Positions 12,373-21,917 of a DNA stretch of 64,000 nucleotides are shown here, one piece after another. Below the pieces are notes generated by a model. That model was not told where the DNA came from, searched no databases, and saw nothing but the letters and a program-made list of their open reading frames with translations. Both the position numbers and the translations under genes were made by a program. The number at the start of each line of letters is the position of its first letter. The first letter of the stretch is position 1. Origin of the DNA: an uncultured Thiomicrospira sp. (GTDB lineage Bacteria; Pseudomonadota; Gammaproteobacteria; CAKMZV01); assembly GCA_965195345.1 (NCBI GenBank), contig OZ239628.1, positions 1,792,001 to 1,856,000 on the forward strand. Reading direction: 5' to 3'.

Positions 12373-12975
12373 CTACACACCTGCAGGATTTTCTTCCATT
12401 AACCCCATTTCTTTTAAATCTTGATAACGATCTCCAATGCGATGATGTGGACGTCCACCCAATGATGCGCCAAGAGCAACCACCATTTCATCAGCATTCG
12501 GAGCATCCGCTATGGAAAAATGAATGGTCAAATAATGTGAACGACGTCCACCATCATTTTTATCCATTAAAGGAATCATAATAGGAGCGTTTGCTCCACC
12601 TCGAGTGTTGCAAAAAGACAAATAAGATTTTGCTCCAACTGCTTCACGATAATAGTTTCCAAAGCGGAGCGTATGAATAATCGCTGAAGCATGTTCTACT
12701 TCGCCATTGAGTCCAATAACCGAAGATTTCCCATAACCTTCTACTTTATCCCCTCCACCTGCTTCATCTGTAATCATTTTAGTTAACAAAACGCCTAATC
12801 CTGGTGCAGCATCAAGGATACCTGGGCGTAGGTCTTCTACAAATCCTTTTCCTGCCCAAGGATTTTTGATCACAGCGGCTGCGGCTATCAAAACTTGTGG
12901 CGTAGAGGCTTTTTTGCCACCTTCAATACGCGTCTCTTCAACATGGAGCAAGGTTTTTCTTATTTCTGCAGGCAT
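12373..12975 (-). CDS. 'Amino acid synthesis' family protein (DUF1185-like)
   Basis: AAAVIKNPWAG, EGYGK, GEVEHASA, RSHY, DAPNADE, GGRPHHRIG resemble DUF1185/AA_synth proteins. Confidence 0.85.
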   Translation of the reverse strand: MPAEIRKTLLHVEETRIEGGKKASTPQVLIAAAAVIKNPWAGKGFVEDLRPGILDAAPGLGVLLTKMITDEAGGGDKVEGYGKSSVIGLNGEVEHASAIIHTLRFGNYYREAVGAKSYLSFCNTRGGANAPIMIPLMDKNDGGRRSHYLTIHFSIADAPNADEMVVALGASLGGRPHHRIGDRYQDLKEMGLMEENPAGV

Positions 12976-13166
12976 AGCATTCCTTCTTGTTTGATATATT
13001 ATGTTAACTTAGGCAATGGCAAGCATCGACATGCGCGCCATTATATGTGAATTATAACAACAGAAAAACGGCTCTTGTATGCAACGGATAATAAATCGTT
13101 TCCACACATTGCCAACATTCTTTTAATATACAATGCTGCCCATTCGTCTATTCGCAAAATCTCAAA

Positions 13167-13802
13167 GTGTTTGATATCTTTTTAAAAGGACTTCTGTTCG
13201 CATTAGCAATCATAGCTGCTATTGGGGCGCAAAACGCATTTTTACTTAAACAAGGACTTATTCGTTCGCATGTTGGCCTCATCATTTGGATATGTTTTTT
13301 ATCAGACGCCATATTGATGGCAGCGGGGGTATTCGGTTTAGGTATTGCTGTAAGCAAAAATCCCATTGCCCTCATCGGCATAACTGGACTAGGTGCTGCA
13401 TTCATTGCAATATACGGTTTGAAGACTTTTATAAATGTATTTTCCTCAAATGCATCATTGACTGTTGACACTCAAGACAATTCGTCAAAAAATTGGAAGA
13501 AAATTGCATTAACCACCATCGCATTGACTTGGCTCAACCCACACGTTTACATTGATACTGTTTTTTTGGTCGGTTCTGTTTCCAGTGCATATACGCTTAT
13601 GGAAAAGCCCTTTTTCTTACTCGGCACCATTAGTGGATCATTAGTTTGGTTTGTACTGCTTGGCTATGGTTCTAGATTGTTGGCGCCTCTTTTCCGAAGC
13701 CCGACAGCATGGCGCATTTTGGATGGAATAATTACCGTAGTTATGTGGTGGATTGCTTTTGAACTAACAAAATATTGTTACGGACTTATTCACACTCTTT
13801 AA
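13167..13802 (+). CDS. LysE/ArgO family amino acid exporter
   Basis: AIGAQNAF, LTWLNPHVYIDT motifs; several hydrophobic helices; GTG start. Confidence 0.92.
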   Translation: MFDIFLKGLLFALAIIAAIGAQNAFLLKQGLIRSHVGLIIWICFLSDAILMAAGVFGLGIAVSKNPIALIGITGLGAAFIAIYGLKTFINVFSSNASLTVDTQDNSSKNWKKIALTTIALTWLNPHVYIDTVFLVGSVSSAYTLMEKPFFLLGTISGSLVWFVLLGYGSRLLAPLFRSPTAWRILDGIITVVMWWIAFELTKYCYGLIHTL

Positions 13803-13836
13803 ATAAACCGTACAAACAACCACATAGAAAAAATGG

Positions 13837-14676
13837 TTATTTCAGGCGTTTCGCATGCCAAGCAATATGATCACCTATAAATGTTGCAATAAAGTGATAG
13901 CCGTGATCGTATCCTGTTTGCATACGAACTTCAACCTCAACACCATGAGTGCTTGCAACCGCTTGGAGATTCTCAGTCAATAACTCTTGTGGATAAAATT
14001 CATCTGCCGTGCCTTGATCAATCAGTATTTTTTCAGGACGCGCCCCGTCTTCAATTAAACAACAAGCATCATACTGTCGCCAGTTAGATTGGTCGGTTCC
14101 AATATATCCAGTAAACGCATTGATACCCCACGCACTTTTAGCAGGATTGCAGATAGGCGAAAAAGCCGAAATGCTTTTGTACGCTTTTGGATTTTTCATT
14201 CCAATCATTAAAGCACCGTGCCCACCCATAGAATGACCGCTAATAGACTTGTTATCATTGATGGGCAGCATAAGCGAATGTATCACCTTGGGCAACTCGT
14301 AAACAATGTAATCGTACATATGATAGTTTTTTGAAAATGGCGCAACCGTTGAATTCAAATAAAATCCTGCACCTTGCCCAAAATCATAGTTTTCATCATC
14401 AGGCACTTCCGAACCTCTTGGGCTAGTGTCTGGTATAACCAATGCGACACCGTGCTCTGCTGCATATCGTTGTGCACCTGCTTTCACACGAAAATTTTCA
14501 TCCGTACATGTTAAGCCAGACAGCCAATAAATCGCTGGAACAGGTGCTATTTGTGATTGAGGTGGCAAGTACAATGAGAACTGCATGATGCAATTACAAG
14601 TACTTGAACGGTGTTTGACAACATGTAAAGTGCCTTCAAACTCCTTGATTGATTCAACAATATTGCATTCGCTCAT
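13837..14676 (-). CDS. fghA: S-formylglutathione hydrolase
   Basis: WLSGLTC, PDTSPRG, GHSMGG nucleophile, GYDHGY; adjacent to frmA. Confidence 0.95.
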   Translation of the reverse strand: MSECNIVESIKEFEGTLHVVKHRSSTCNCIMQFSLYLPPQSQIAPVPAIYWLSGLTCTDENFRVKAGAQRYAAEHGVALVIPDTSPRGSEVPDDENYDFGQGAGFYLNSTVAPFSKNYHMYDYIVYELPKVIHSLMLPINDNKSISGHSMGGHGALMIGMKNPKAYKSISAFSPICNPAKSAWGINAFTGYIGTDQSNWRQYDACCLIEDGARPEKILIDQGTADEFYPQELLTENLQAVASTHGVEVEVRMQTGYDHGYHFIATFIGDHIAWHAKRLK

Positions 14677-14694
14677 AGTATCTTTATACTCCTT

Positions 14695-15819
14695 TTAAAA
14701 AACAATAACCGAACGAATACTCTTGCCTTCGTGCATCAAGTCAAACGCTTTATTAATATCCTCAATGCCAAAAGTGTGGGTAACCATTGGATCAATCTTT
14801 ATCTCTCCGTCGAGATATCTATCTACATATCCTGGTAGCTGCGTACGCCCTTTTACTCCACCAAAAGCCGTGCCTTTCCAAGTACGACCAGTAACCAACT
14901 GAAAAGGACGCGTTGCAATTTCTTTACCGGATCCTGCCACTCCAATGATGGTAGAAACGCCCCAGCCCATATGCGTACATTCCAGCGCGTCGCGCATGAC
15001 ATTCACATTACCGATGCATTCAAAAGAATAATCCACACCGCCATTGGTCATGTCAACAATCGCCTTGCCAATCGGCACGCTTAAATCACTTGGATTGATG
15101 CAATCGGTTGCCCCCAGTGCTTTTGCCATTTCAAATTTGTCAGCATTTAAATCAATGGCAATAATACGCTCTGCTTTAGCCATTACTGCACCTTGAATAA
15201 CACTTAAACCAATGCCTCCCAAACCAAATACTGCCACTGTTGATCCCGCCTCAACTTTTGCTGTATTAAGCACCGCACCAATTCCTGTAGTGATGCCACA
15301 ACCCAACAAACAAATCTTATCCAAAGGCGCAGCTTTATTTACTTTCGCCAAAGCAATTTCTGGAACAATCGTATATTCCGAAAAAGTTGAAGTCCCCATG
15401 TAATGATATATCGACTTGCCTTTTTTAGAAAAGCGTGTTGTTCCATCAGGCATAAAACCGGTCCAAACTGTTTTAGAAATAGCCTGACAAAGATTTGTTT
15501 TTGTCGATTTACAAAATGCACACTCTCCGCATTCTGAAATATAGAGCGGAATAACGTGATCGTCTGGTTTTACAGAGGTAACGCCCTCACCGCATTCAAC
15601 AACAACGCACCCTCCCTCATGCCCTAATACTGCAGGGAAAACCGCTTCTGGATCCTCCCCCGACATAGTAAAGGCATCGGTGTGACAAACACCTGTTGCC
15701 ACCACTTTCAACAATACTTCCCCAGCCTTAGGCCCTTGAAGTTCCAGTTCTTCAATTTCAAGAGGTTGTTTAGCACCCCAAGCAACAGCGGCTCTTACTT
15801 TCATCGAATCATTCCTCAT
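14695..15819 (-). CDS. frmA: S-(hydroxymethyl)glutathione dehydrogenase / class III alcohol dehydrogenase
   Basis: GVCHTD, GHEG, structural Zn cysteines, [15 protein letters not shown]. Confidence 0.96.
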   Translation of the reverse strand: MRNDSMKVRAAVAWGAKQPLEIEELELQGPKAGEVLLKVVATGVCHTDAFTMSGEDPEAVFPAVLGHEGGCVVVECGEGVTSVKPDDHVIPLYISECGECAFCKSTKTNLCQAISKTVWTGFMPDGTTRFSKKGKSIYHYMGTSTFSEYTIVPEIALAKVNKAAPLDKICLLGCGITTGIGAVLNTAKVEAGSTVAVFGLGGIGLSVIQGAVMAKAERIIAIDLNADKFEMAKALGATDCINPSDLSVPIGKAIVDMTNGGVDYSFECIGNVNVMRDALECTHMGWGVSTIIGVAGSGKEIATRPFQLVTGRTWKGTAFGGVKGRTQLPGYVDRYLDGEIKIDPMVTHTFGIEDINKAFDLMHEGKSIRSVIVF

Positions 15820-15971
15820 TTAGACGGTTTAAATTGCAAAAAACAGGTGACACTATAAACTAAAAGTCATTTTCAACGCAATGCAAAATGCACTCTGCAC
15901 AATACATTAATCGCACTTGCATGCAATTCCTCAATCACTCCCCATAGCGTAAAGATTGATTTTAAAACTAT

Positions 15972-18959
15972 TCAAATACCCACAGATATATAAAGCTCCG
16001 CCTCGCCCAATTGGTTATCCAATCCATAAGCAAATCCCACTGTAAAAGGTAAATTCAAGGAGTACGCAATAATATACTCCGTTATTATTTCAATACCAAT
16101 ATTGGAATAATAATCGTTATTGTCTGGACGACTCCAAGCGGATGCCGTTTCCGAGTATACTCGAGCATAAATGTTACTCACACCTATTGGCGGTTCGATG
16201 AATCCATCTCCAACATTAGTAATGGGGAAATACAACTCCGTACCCAACTTGATGAATTGGTTGCCGCTCAATGCTTGTGTGTTACGTTGATAGCCACTTA
16301 ATGAGTATCGACGCAACCCAATCGGATTAACTTGTGTAGTGGTAATGCCAGAAGACATAAAGTTACCCCCTAGTTCAAACGGTCTTATTGACCCACCACC
16401 AAAACCTGTATCAAGTAGCAGACTCAACGAATAATTTCTAGCGAGCTGAAAAAATTTTTGAAAATTAAAGACGGCCAAATCCCCAGAAAAATCTGTATTC
16501 TCAAACACACCATAACTTTCATACCGAATATTGTAACCGTACCCTCCGCTTATTTGGTTCGCCCTTGCATTACGGAAAAACGTTTGGTACTGAACGCTTG
16601 CACCCATGACATTTTCCACCGTATTTTGATCTTCAAAAGAAAGACTATCCCTAAATTTCGTATCACTTTGCACGTTGACACCGCCTACTGAAAAAATCCA
16701 AGAAGAATCCAATCGATTCAATGGGTAATGCCCTACAGCTTGAAGTATGGTTTGCTCCTCAGAAAAATCAACATCATTGCTGGTATTAAAAACTGATCCA
16801 ACATCAGTAAAGCGATTTGCAGTAAGGGAAAAGCGGTTGAAAAAATTGTACGAAGCAATGCCACCAAAATTCCCCTCTATCTCATTAGAAAAGTAGGTGG
16901 GTGCTAACAACCATTGGTGGAATCCGAGTGTATCTTGTCCACTGACAAAGATACCGAAAGTCTGAATATCGCCAAATCTTAAAATAGGCACCCATCCCTT
17001 CGTACCAATATTATCAAATGCTGAGTAATCTCTAATCGCATTGTAGTCACTGGGATTGAAATCGCTTTGCATAGGCAACAGGCGATTAAATGCGCTGAAA
17101 TCCCCATCCTGTAATCGGTATTGGCTGATGGCTTTGGGGTTTGTAATCACTTCAATCTGTTGCCCAGTGCCTGTATATTTCGTCACCCAAATCAATTGAT
17201 TACCTTCTTGTTCCGTCGATTTCTCAGTCGATTGTTGTTCCAACCGTCTACTCGATAACTCAAACTCAATCACATAGCCTTCTGTTTGCGTTATGACTTC
17301 AACCACTTTTGATTTTCTATCCAGCCGATGAATTTCAACTTGTTCATCATCGTGGGATAGATAGTAAATACTTTTACCATCCGCACTGTAGACGGGGTTG
17401 TTCTCGACACCCTCTGCGTATATAGTCGGCATCCAGTCTCTGCTCTCCAAGTCAAATGTTTCAATATTCCATCCCGTGTGATTGCGCCGAATACTAGCGA
17501 TAATATTCTTACCATCAACAGAAAGATCAAAATCACCCATAACCTCCCCCACTTCAAAAGTATGTAATACCTCTATGCTACCACTCAATTCGATACGCAC
17601 CAAGTAGCTAACCCCGCCATCAATTCGAACAGCGTACAGCGCGGTTGCATCACTCGACCAAACAACAGTGTGCACCCGCGCGTCCTCTGTTATCCGCCGC
17701 AAATCAGACCTAGATAGCACATCTTGTGCGAGCTGTTCAGGTGTTAACAAGTACACATCGTTACGCAAATTGGTATTAGCGATGAAATCTGACTTTACTA
17801 TCAATAGCCCGCCTTTATGATGCCAATCCATATCAACTACTGAACGCACTTCCATTATTTCTTTGCGCTCGCCTTTGCTGTCAACTTGCATAATTTTTGG
17901 ATATGTAAACAAGTCATTGTGATAGTAAAAAACGGTATCGTGCGTCGGGGCTAAACTGCTATTGAAAAATGGATCTTTCTCTACCACTTTCCCATGATTT
18001 TTTTTGCGTTCTTTTATGCCCTGCAGTTGCGGTTGGAAATGCTTGTTCAAATATACCAAATACTCGTCCCAAATTTGAGGGAGGTCCTTGCCGAACACTG
18101 TATCTAAGGTGTCATCCAGTGAATATGGGATAAACTCACCTCTGTACTTGATGAAAAATTCAAATGCTTTTTCTTCACCATAAACATCTTTCACAAACTT
18201 GAAAAAATACGAACCGTATAAGTATGAATGGTTAAATGGCCAACGACTGGGGGTGGGATAATTTATTTCAGTGACCGTTAAAAAACCTTTCTTTAGTTCT
18301 TCTCGCATTTGTCCAGCAAAAACACCAGTATTGACGCGTCCAAACCCCGACGCTGACTCAGCATGTACCGCAATGCCTTCAATAGACCATTCAGGAAGGA
18401 AAGACTCACCATATACCACTGGGAAAATTATAAAACCCTCCAACGTCGGTATAAAAGACGGTTTACCAAATACGCTTCTGAATGCTTCAGGTACTCCACC
18501 AACTTGGTCCAATTGCAACACATGCGCGTATTCATGAGTAAACACCAACTCTATCCAGCCGCTATTGGTCAATAACGTCCCTTCAGTGGGCGGTGTCATG
18601 AAAATAGAAAACTGATTAAAAGGTACTTGCGTTGCCGAACCGTTAGGAAAATCAACGGCATCATTGATTGTCACCTCTGTTTTTTCTGTCGCATCCCATT
18701 GAAATGAAACCGTTAATTTGGCATGCACTTTCTCAGCAATGGCAGCAACTCGTTGGGCAAAGAGTTCGTTTTTACTGGTAAAGTGTATATTGAAATTTTC
18801 AGTTTCTAATGTCTTCCACTCTTCAGAAAAGCTAGGTTGCAAAACACTCGCGTCCACAATGACCGCATTCGACATTGATGATAGCATCATCAGCAATGCA
18901 AAATGAGTGAACAAAAAAAATGTCCGTACAGTGAAAGGTTTCTTTTTTAAAAAACTCAT
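15972..18959 (-). CDS. Large exported protein: gluzincin-like domain + TolB/WD40-like propeller + putative C-terminal beta-barrel
   Basis: Signal-peptide-like N-terminus; THEYAH plus PEWSIEG; propeller-like repeats (WSSDA, LSVDGK, YSADGK); alternating aromatic strands in the C-terminal ~330 aa. Confidence 0.7.
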   Translation of the reverse strand: MSFLKKKPFTVRTFFLFTHFALLMMLSSMSNAVIVDASVLQPSFSEEWKTLETENFNIHFTSKNELFAQRVAAIAEKVHAKLTVSFQWDATEKTEVTINDAVDFPNGSATQVPFNQFSIFMTPPTEGTLLTNSGWIELVFTHEYAHVLQLDQVGGVPEAFRSVFGKPSFIPTLEGFIIFPVVYGESFLPEWSIEGIAVHAESASGFGRVNTGVFAGQMREELKKGFLTVTEINYPTPSRWPFNHSYLYGSYFFKFVKDVYGEEKAFEFFIKYRGEFIPYSLDDTLDTVFGKDLPQIWDEYLVYLNKHFQPQLQGIKERKKNHGKVVEKDPFFNSSLAPTHDTVFYYHNDLFTYPKIMQVDSKGERKEIMEVRSVVDMDWHHKGGLLIVKSDFIANTNLRNDVYLLTPEQLAQDVLSRSDLRRITEDARVHTVVWSSDATALYAVRIDGGVSYLVRIELSGSIEVLHTFEVGEVMGDFDLSVDGKNIIASIRRNHTGWNIETFDLESRDWMPTIYAEGVENNPVYSADGKSIYYLSHDDEQVEIHRLDRKSKVVEVITQTEGYVIEFELSSRRLEQQSTEKSTEQEGNQLIWVTKYTGTGQQIEVITNPKAISQYRLQDGDFSAFNRLLPMQSDFNPSDYNAIRDYSAFDNIGTKGWVPILRFGDIQTFGIFVSGQDTLGFHQWLLAPTYFSNEIEGNFGGIASYNFFNRFSLTANRFTDVGSVFNTSNDVDFSEEQTILQAVGHYPLNRLDSSWIFSVGGVNVQSDTKFRDSLSFEDQNTVENVMGASVQYQTFFRNARANQISGGYGYNIRYESYGVFENTDFSGDLAVFNFQKFFQLARNYSLSLLLDTGFGGGSIRPFELGGNFMSSGITTTQVNPIGLRRYSLSGYQRNTQALSGNQFIKLGTELYFPITNVGDGFIEPPIGVSNIYARVYSETASAWSRPDNNDYYSNIGIEIITEYIIAYSLNLPFTVGFAYGLDNQLGEAELYISVGI

Positions 18960-19412
18960 AATACTTAGTTAATATTTGGAATATGAGGTTTTTCATCTTT
19001 TGAAAGATGCCAAAACCATATAATCCAATAGACTTCAGCTTCAAATAGAAGTTAGCGTCAAATATATTGACTACTGAAAAATGCTTAATCGCTTCTTGAG
19101 TAAGCTACGCACTTCTTTTAATATCATTATATATTTAATAGTAGTATACTAAAGTAAGTAAAAGCTCTATCATTGAAATCCGCCAATTCTTATTTAAAAT
19201 TCTAAAACCGGCTCTAACTAAACGGCAGCACTTCATTAGATGAGAATAAAATAGACTAAAAGTTTCTTGCCAACACTGTTGTTATCTTTAAAATATTTTT
19301 GCGTACAGTTGCAATTTGTATTAAAGTAATACCTTACAAGGAATGTGCGATTAAGTACGCTTGACCATTTTTTGCTTTGCTGAGAAATTTAATTATCCTA
19401 CCGTAAACTTTT

Positions 19413-21854
19413 ATGTTTAACCTATTGATTACTATCGGACTTTGTCTAACCATTTTGCTCGTGATGTCAAAATCACGACGCTCTCCTTTCATCTATCTAC
19501 TTATTCTTGGATTGTTATTGATCCTCACCCTCGAGTCGAGTTACTTCGGAGCCATAATGTACATTATGGCTATCATGTGTATCCTGCCCGCTGTCATTAT
19601 GCTCACGCCAATACTGCGTCAAAAGTTATTATCTAATCATTTTTTTAAGATAATGCGAAAACGATTGCCACAGATGAGCGAAACGGAGAAAGTAGCCATT
19701 GATTCAGGCACTATTGGCTGGGAACAGCACATTTTTACTGGAGAGCCTTCATGGCAGCATCTTAACGCTGTTCCCGTGAAAACGTTAAGCGTTGAAGAAC
19801 AATGTTTCATTGATAATGAAGTACAACAACTGTGTGCTCTAGTGAGTGATTACGATATTCAAAAACGCATGGATTTACCGAAGAAAGCGTGGGATTTTAT
19901 TGCAAAAAATCGCTTTTACGGCATCATCATACCTAAAGAATACGGCGGACTTGGTTTTTCAGCAACGGCGCACGCACGTATTGTCTCGTGCTTAGCTTCG
20001 CGTAACAGCACACTGGGTGTAACCGTTATGGTTCCAAATTCGCTGGGTCCTGGTGAACTATTAATGCACTACGGAACGCAACAGCAAAAAAGTTTTTACT
20101 TACCCCGATTGGCAAAAGGGGAAGAGATTCCTTGCTTTGCCTTAACTTCACCAACAGCAGGTTCGGATGCTGGTTCTATTGAAGATATTGGCGAATTGGT
20201 GGAATACAAAAAAGGACGAAAAAAAACGCTTGGGCTGTGCTTAAACTGGAACAAACGCTATATTACGCTTGCGCCAATTGCAACATTGATAGGGATTGCT
20301 TTTAAAACAACAGACCCTAATGGTTTGTTGCAAAAATATTTCCCAAATCATCCGTTAGCTGGCAAAAAAGATTTAGGTATTAGCTGTGCGTTAATAGCGC
20401 GTGATGTTGAATGCATCACTATCGGCAATCGCCACAATCCGATGTGGCTGCCATTCATGAACGGGCCAACTCGCGGGGAGAATGTCATTATCTCCATTGA
20501 CGACATTATTGGTGGCGCTGATTATATTGGGCAAGGGTGGCGGATGCTTATTGAAAGTCTGGCTGCTGGCAGAGGCATTTCTTTGCCATCGTTATCCGTT
20601 GCAGGAACACAAGTTGCTTTATTTACCAGTGCTGCCTATGCAGGCGCTCGCGAACAGTTCAACACACCAATTGCAAATTTTGAAGGGATTCAAGAACCAT
20701 TGGGTGAGATCGCACAGTTAACTTATTCAAGTAAAGCACTATGCACATTTACAACAGATACCGTAGATGATGGACAAAAACCTGCTTTATTGGCAGCTAT
20801 GGCTAAATATTCGAATACCGATCAGTTTCGTCAAGCGATGATTCATGCAATGGATATTCATGGAGGGCGAGCGATTATGACTGGACCTGCAAACTATTTG
20901 GAGTCCCTTTACCGCAGTGCACCTGTTGGTATCACTGTTGAGGGTGCAAATATTCTCACGCGTTCCATGATGATATTCGGGCAAGGCGCTATGCGCTGCC
21001 ACCCTTTGCTTATACGAGAAATAAATGCGCTGTCAAATACCCATCCAGATCTTGGAAGAATAGCGTTTGATGAAGCACTCTTTGAACATGGAAACTACCA
21101 TCTACGTTGTTTTTCTCGCAGTTTTATCGGAGCCATATCGCGTGGCAAATGGTTATCCGCTGACTGCCCAACAGTGTTGAAATCTAAATGGCAATCACTG
21201 ACACATCTTAGTGCAAGTTTCGCTTGGATTTCGGATTTGTTACTGCTGCTGCTTGGAGGAACGCTTAAACGTAAAGAATCCTTATCTGGATTATTAGCAG
21301 ATGCTTGGACACATTTGGTTATTGTCAGCACAGTCTTGAGGCATTGGCATAATTTTGGTTATATGGATAGCCATCGTACACTCGTTGATGCGCTAACTCA
21401 AAAGCATCTGTGCCTCGCGGAGAACGCCATGATTAAAGTGTGCGATAGCATGCCAATATCTCAACCTGCTCGTTGGTTTATACGATTCTTAGCATTTCCA
21501 TTAGGCAAACGCCACCCTATGCACAAATTGGATCACGTACTTGCTATCGGTAAAGCCACGGTTGAAGGCAATGAAATAGGCTTGGAACTCAATACTGACA
21601 TCTATGTAGGCAAGAAAAAAGATGATCCTTTATTTTGTATTTCTCAAGCCTTCTATAGCCAGAAGATTATCAATGATTTCAAAAAAAGATCATCCGTCTT
21701 AGCGACTAAACGTGGCAACAACGAATCCTTTGAAGATTGGATAAAAACATTGGTGGACAATAAAATATTAACGGTGGGCGAACAAAAAACTTGGATAAAG
21801 GCGCGCACTAAGGTTCAGGCAGCCATGCAAGTTGATGATTTTCCTAAACTTTAA
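19413..21854 (+). CDS. fadE: Acyl-CoA dehydrogenase, FadE type
   Basis: N-terminal TM segments, VPNSLGPGELL, PCFALT..AGSDA, GRGISLP, ITVEGANILTR, C-terminal VDDF. Confidence 0.93.
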   Translation: MFNLLITIGLCLTILLVMSKSRRSPFIYLLILGLLLILTLESSYFGAIMYIMAIMCILPAVIMLTPILRQKLLSNHFFKIMRKRLPQMSETEKVAIDSGTIGWEQHIFTGEPSWQHLNAVPVKTLSVEEQCFIDNEVQQLCALVSDYDIQKRMDLPKKAWDFIAKNRFYGIIIPKEYGGLGFSATAHARIVSCLASRNSTLGVTVMVPNSLGPGELLMHYGTQQQKSFYLPRLAKGEEIPCFALTSPTAGSDAGSIEDIGELVEYKKGRKKTLGLCLNWNKRYITLAPIATLIGIAFKTTDPNGLLQKYFPNHPLAGKKDLGISCALIARDVECITIGNRHNPMWLPFMNGPTRGENVIISIDDIIGGADYIGQGWRMLIESLAAGRGISLPSLSVAGTQVALFTSAAYAGAREQFNTPIANFEGIQEPLGEIAQLTYSSKALCTFTTDTVDDGQKPALLAAMAKYSNTDQFRQAMIHAMDIHGGRAIMTGPANYLESLYRSAPVGITVEGANILTRSMMIFGQGAMRCHPLLIREINALSNTHPDLGRIAFDEALFEHGNYHLRCFSRSFIGAISRGKWLSADCPTVLKSKWQSLTHLSASFAWISDLLLLLLGGTLKRKESLSGLLADAWTHLVIVSTVLRHWHNFGYMDSHRTLVDALTQKHLCLAENAMIKVCDSMPISQPARWFIRFLAFPLGKRHPMHKLDHVLAIGKATVEGNEIGLELNTDIYVGKKKDDPLFCISQAFYSQKIINDFKKRSSVLATKRGNNESFEDWIKTLVDNKILTVGEQKTWIKARTKVQAAMQVDDFPKL

Positions 21855-21917
21855 ATCTTAACAGATAACCCTTAACAAACAATCCTCCAAATTAACTCTA
21901 ACGAAAACCATAGTCAA

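Noticed and set aside
13109-13134. TTGCCA...TACAAT promoter for the LysE gene
   Set aside because: Spacer is only 14 nt, too short for a sigma70 promoter
17200-17245. Short STEK/STEQ duplication in the 995-aa gene
   Set aside because: Low-complexity loop insertion of a few codons; no further significance evident
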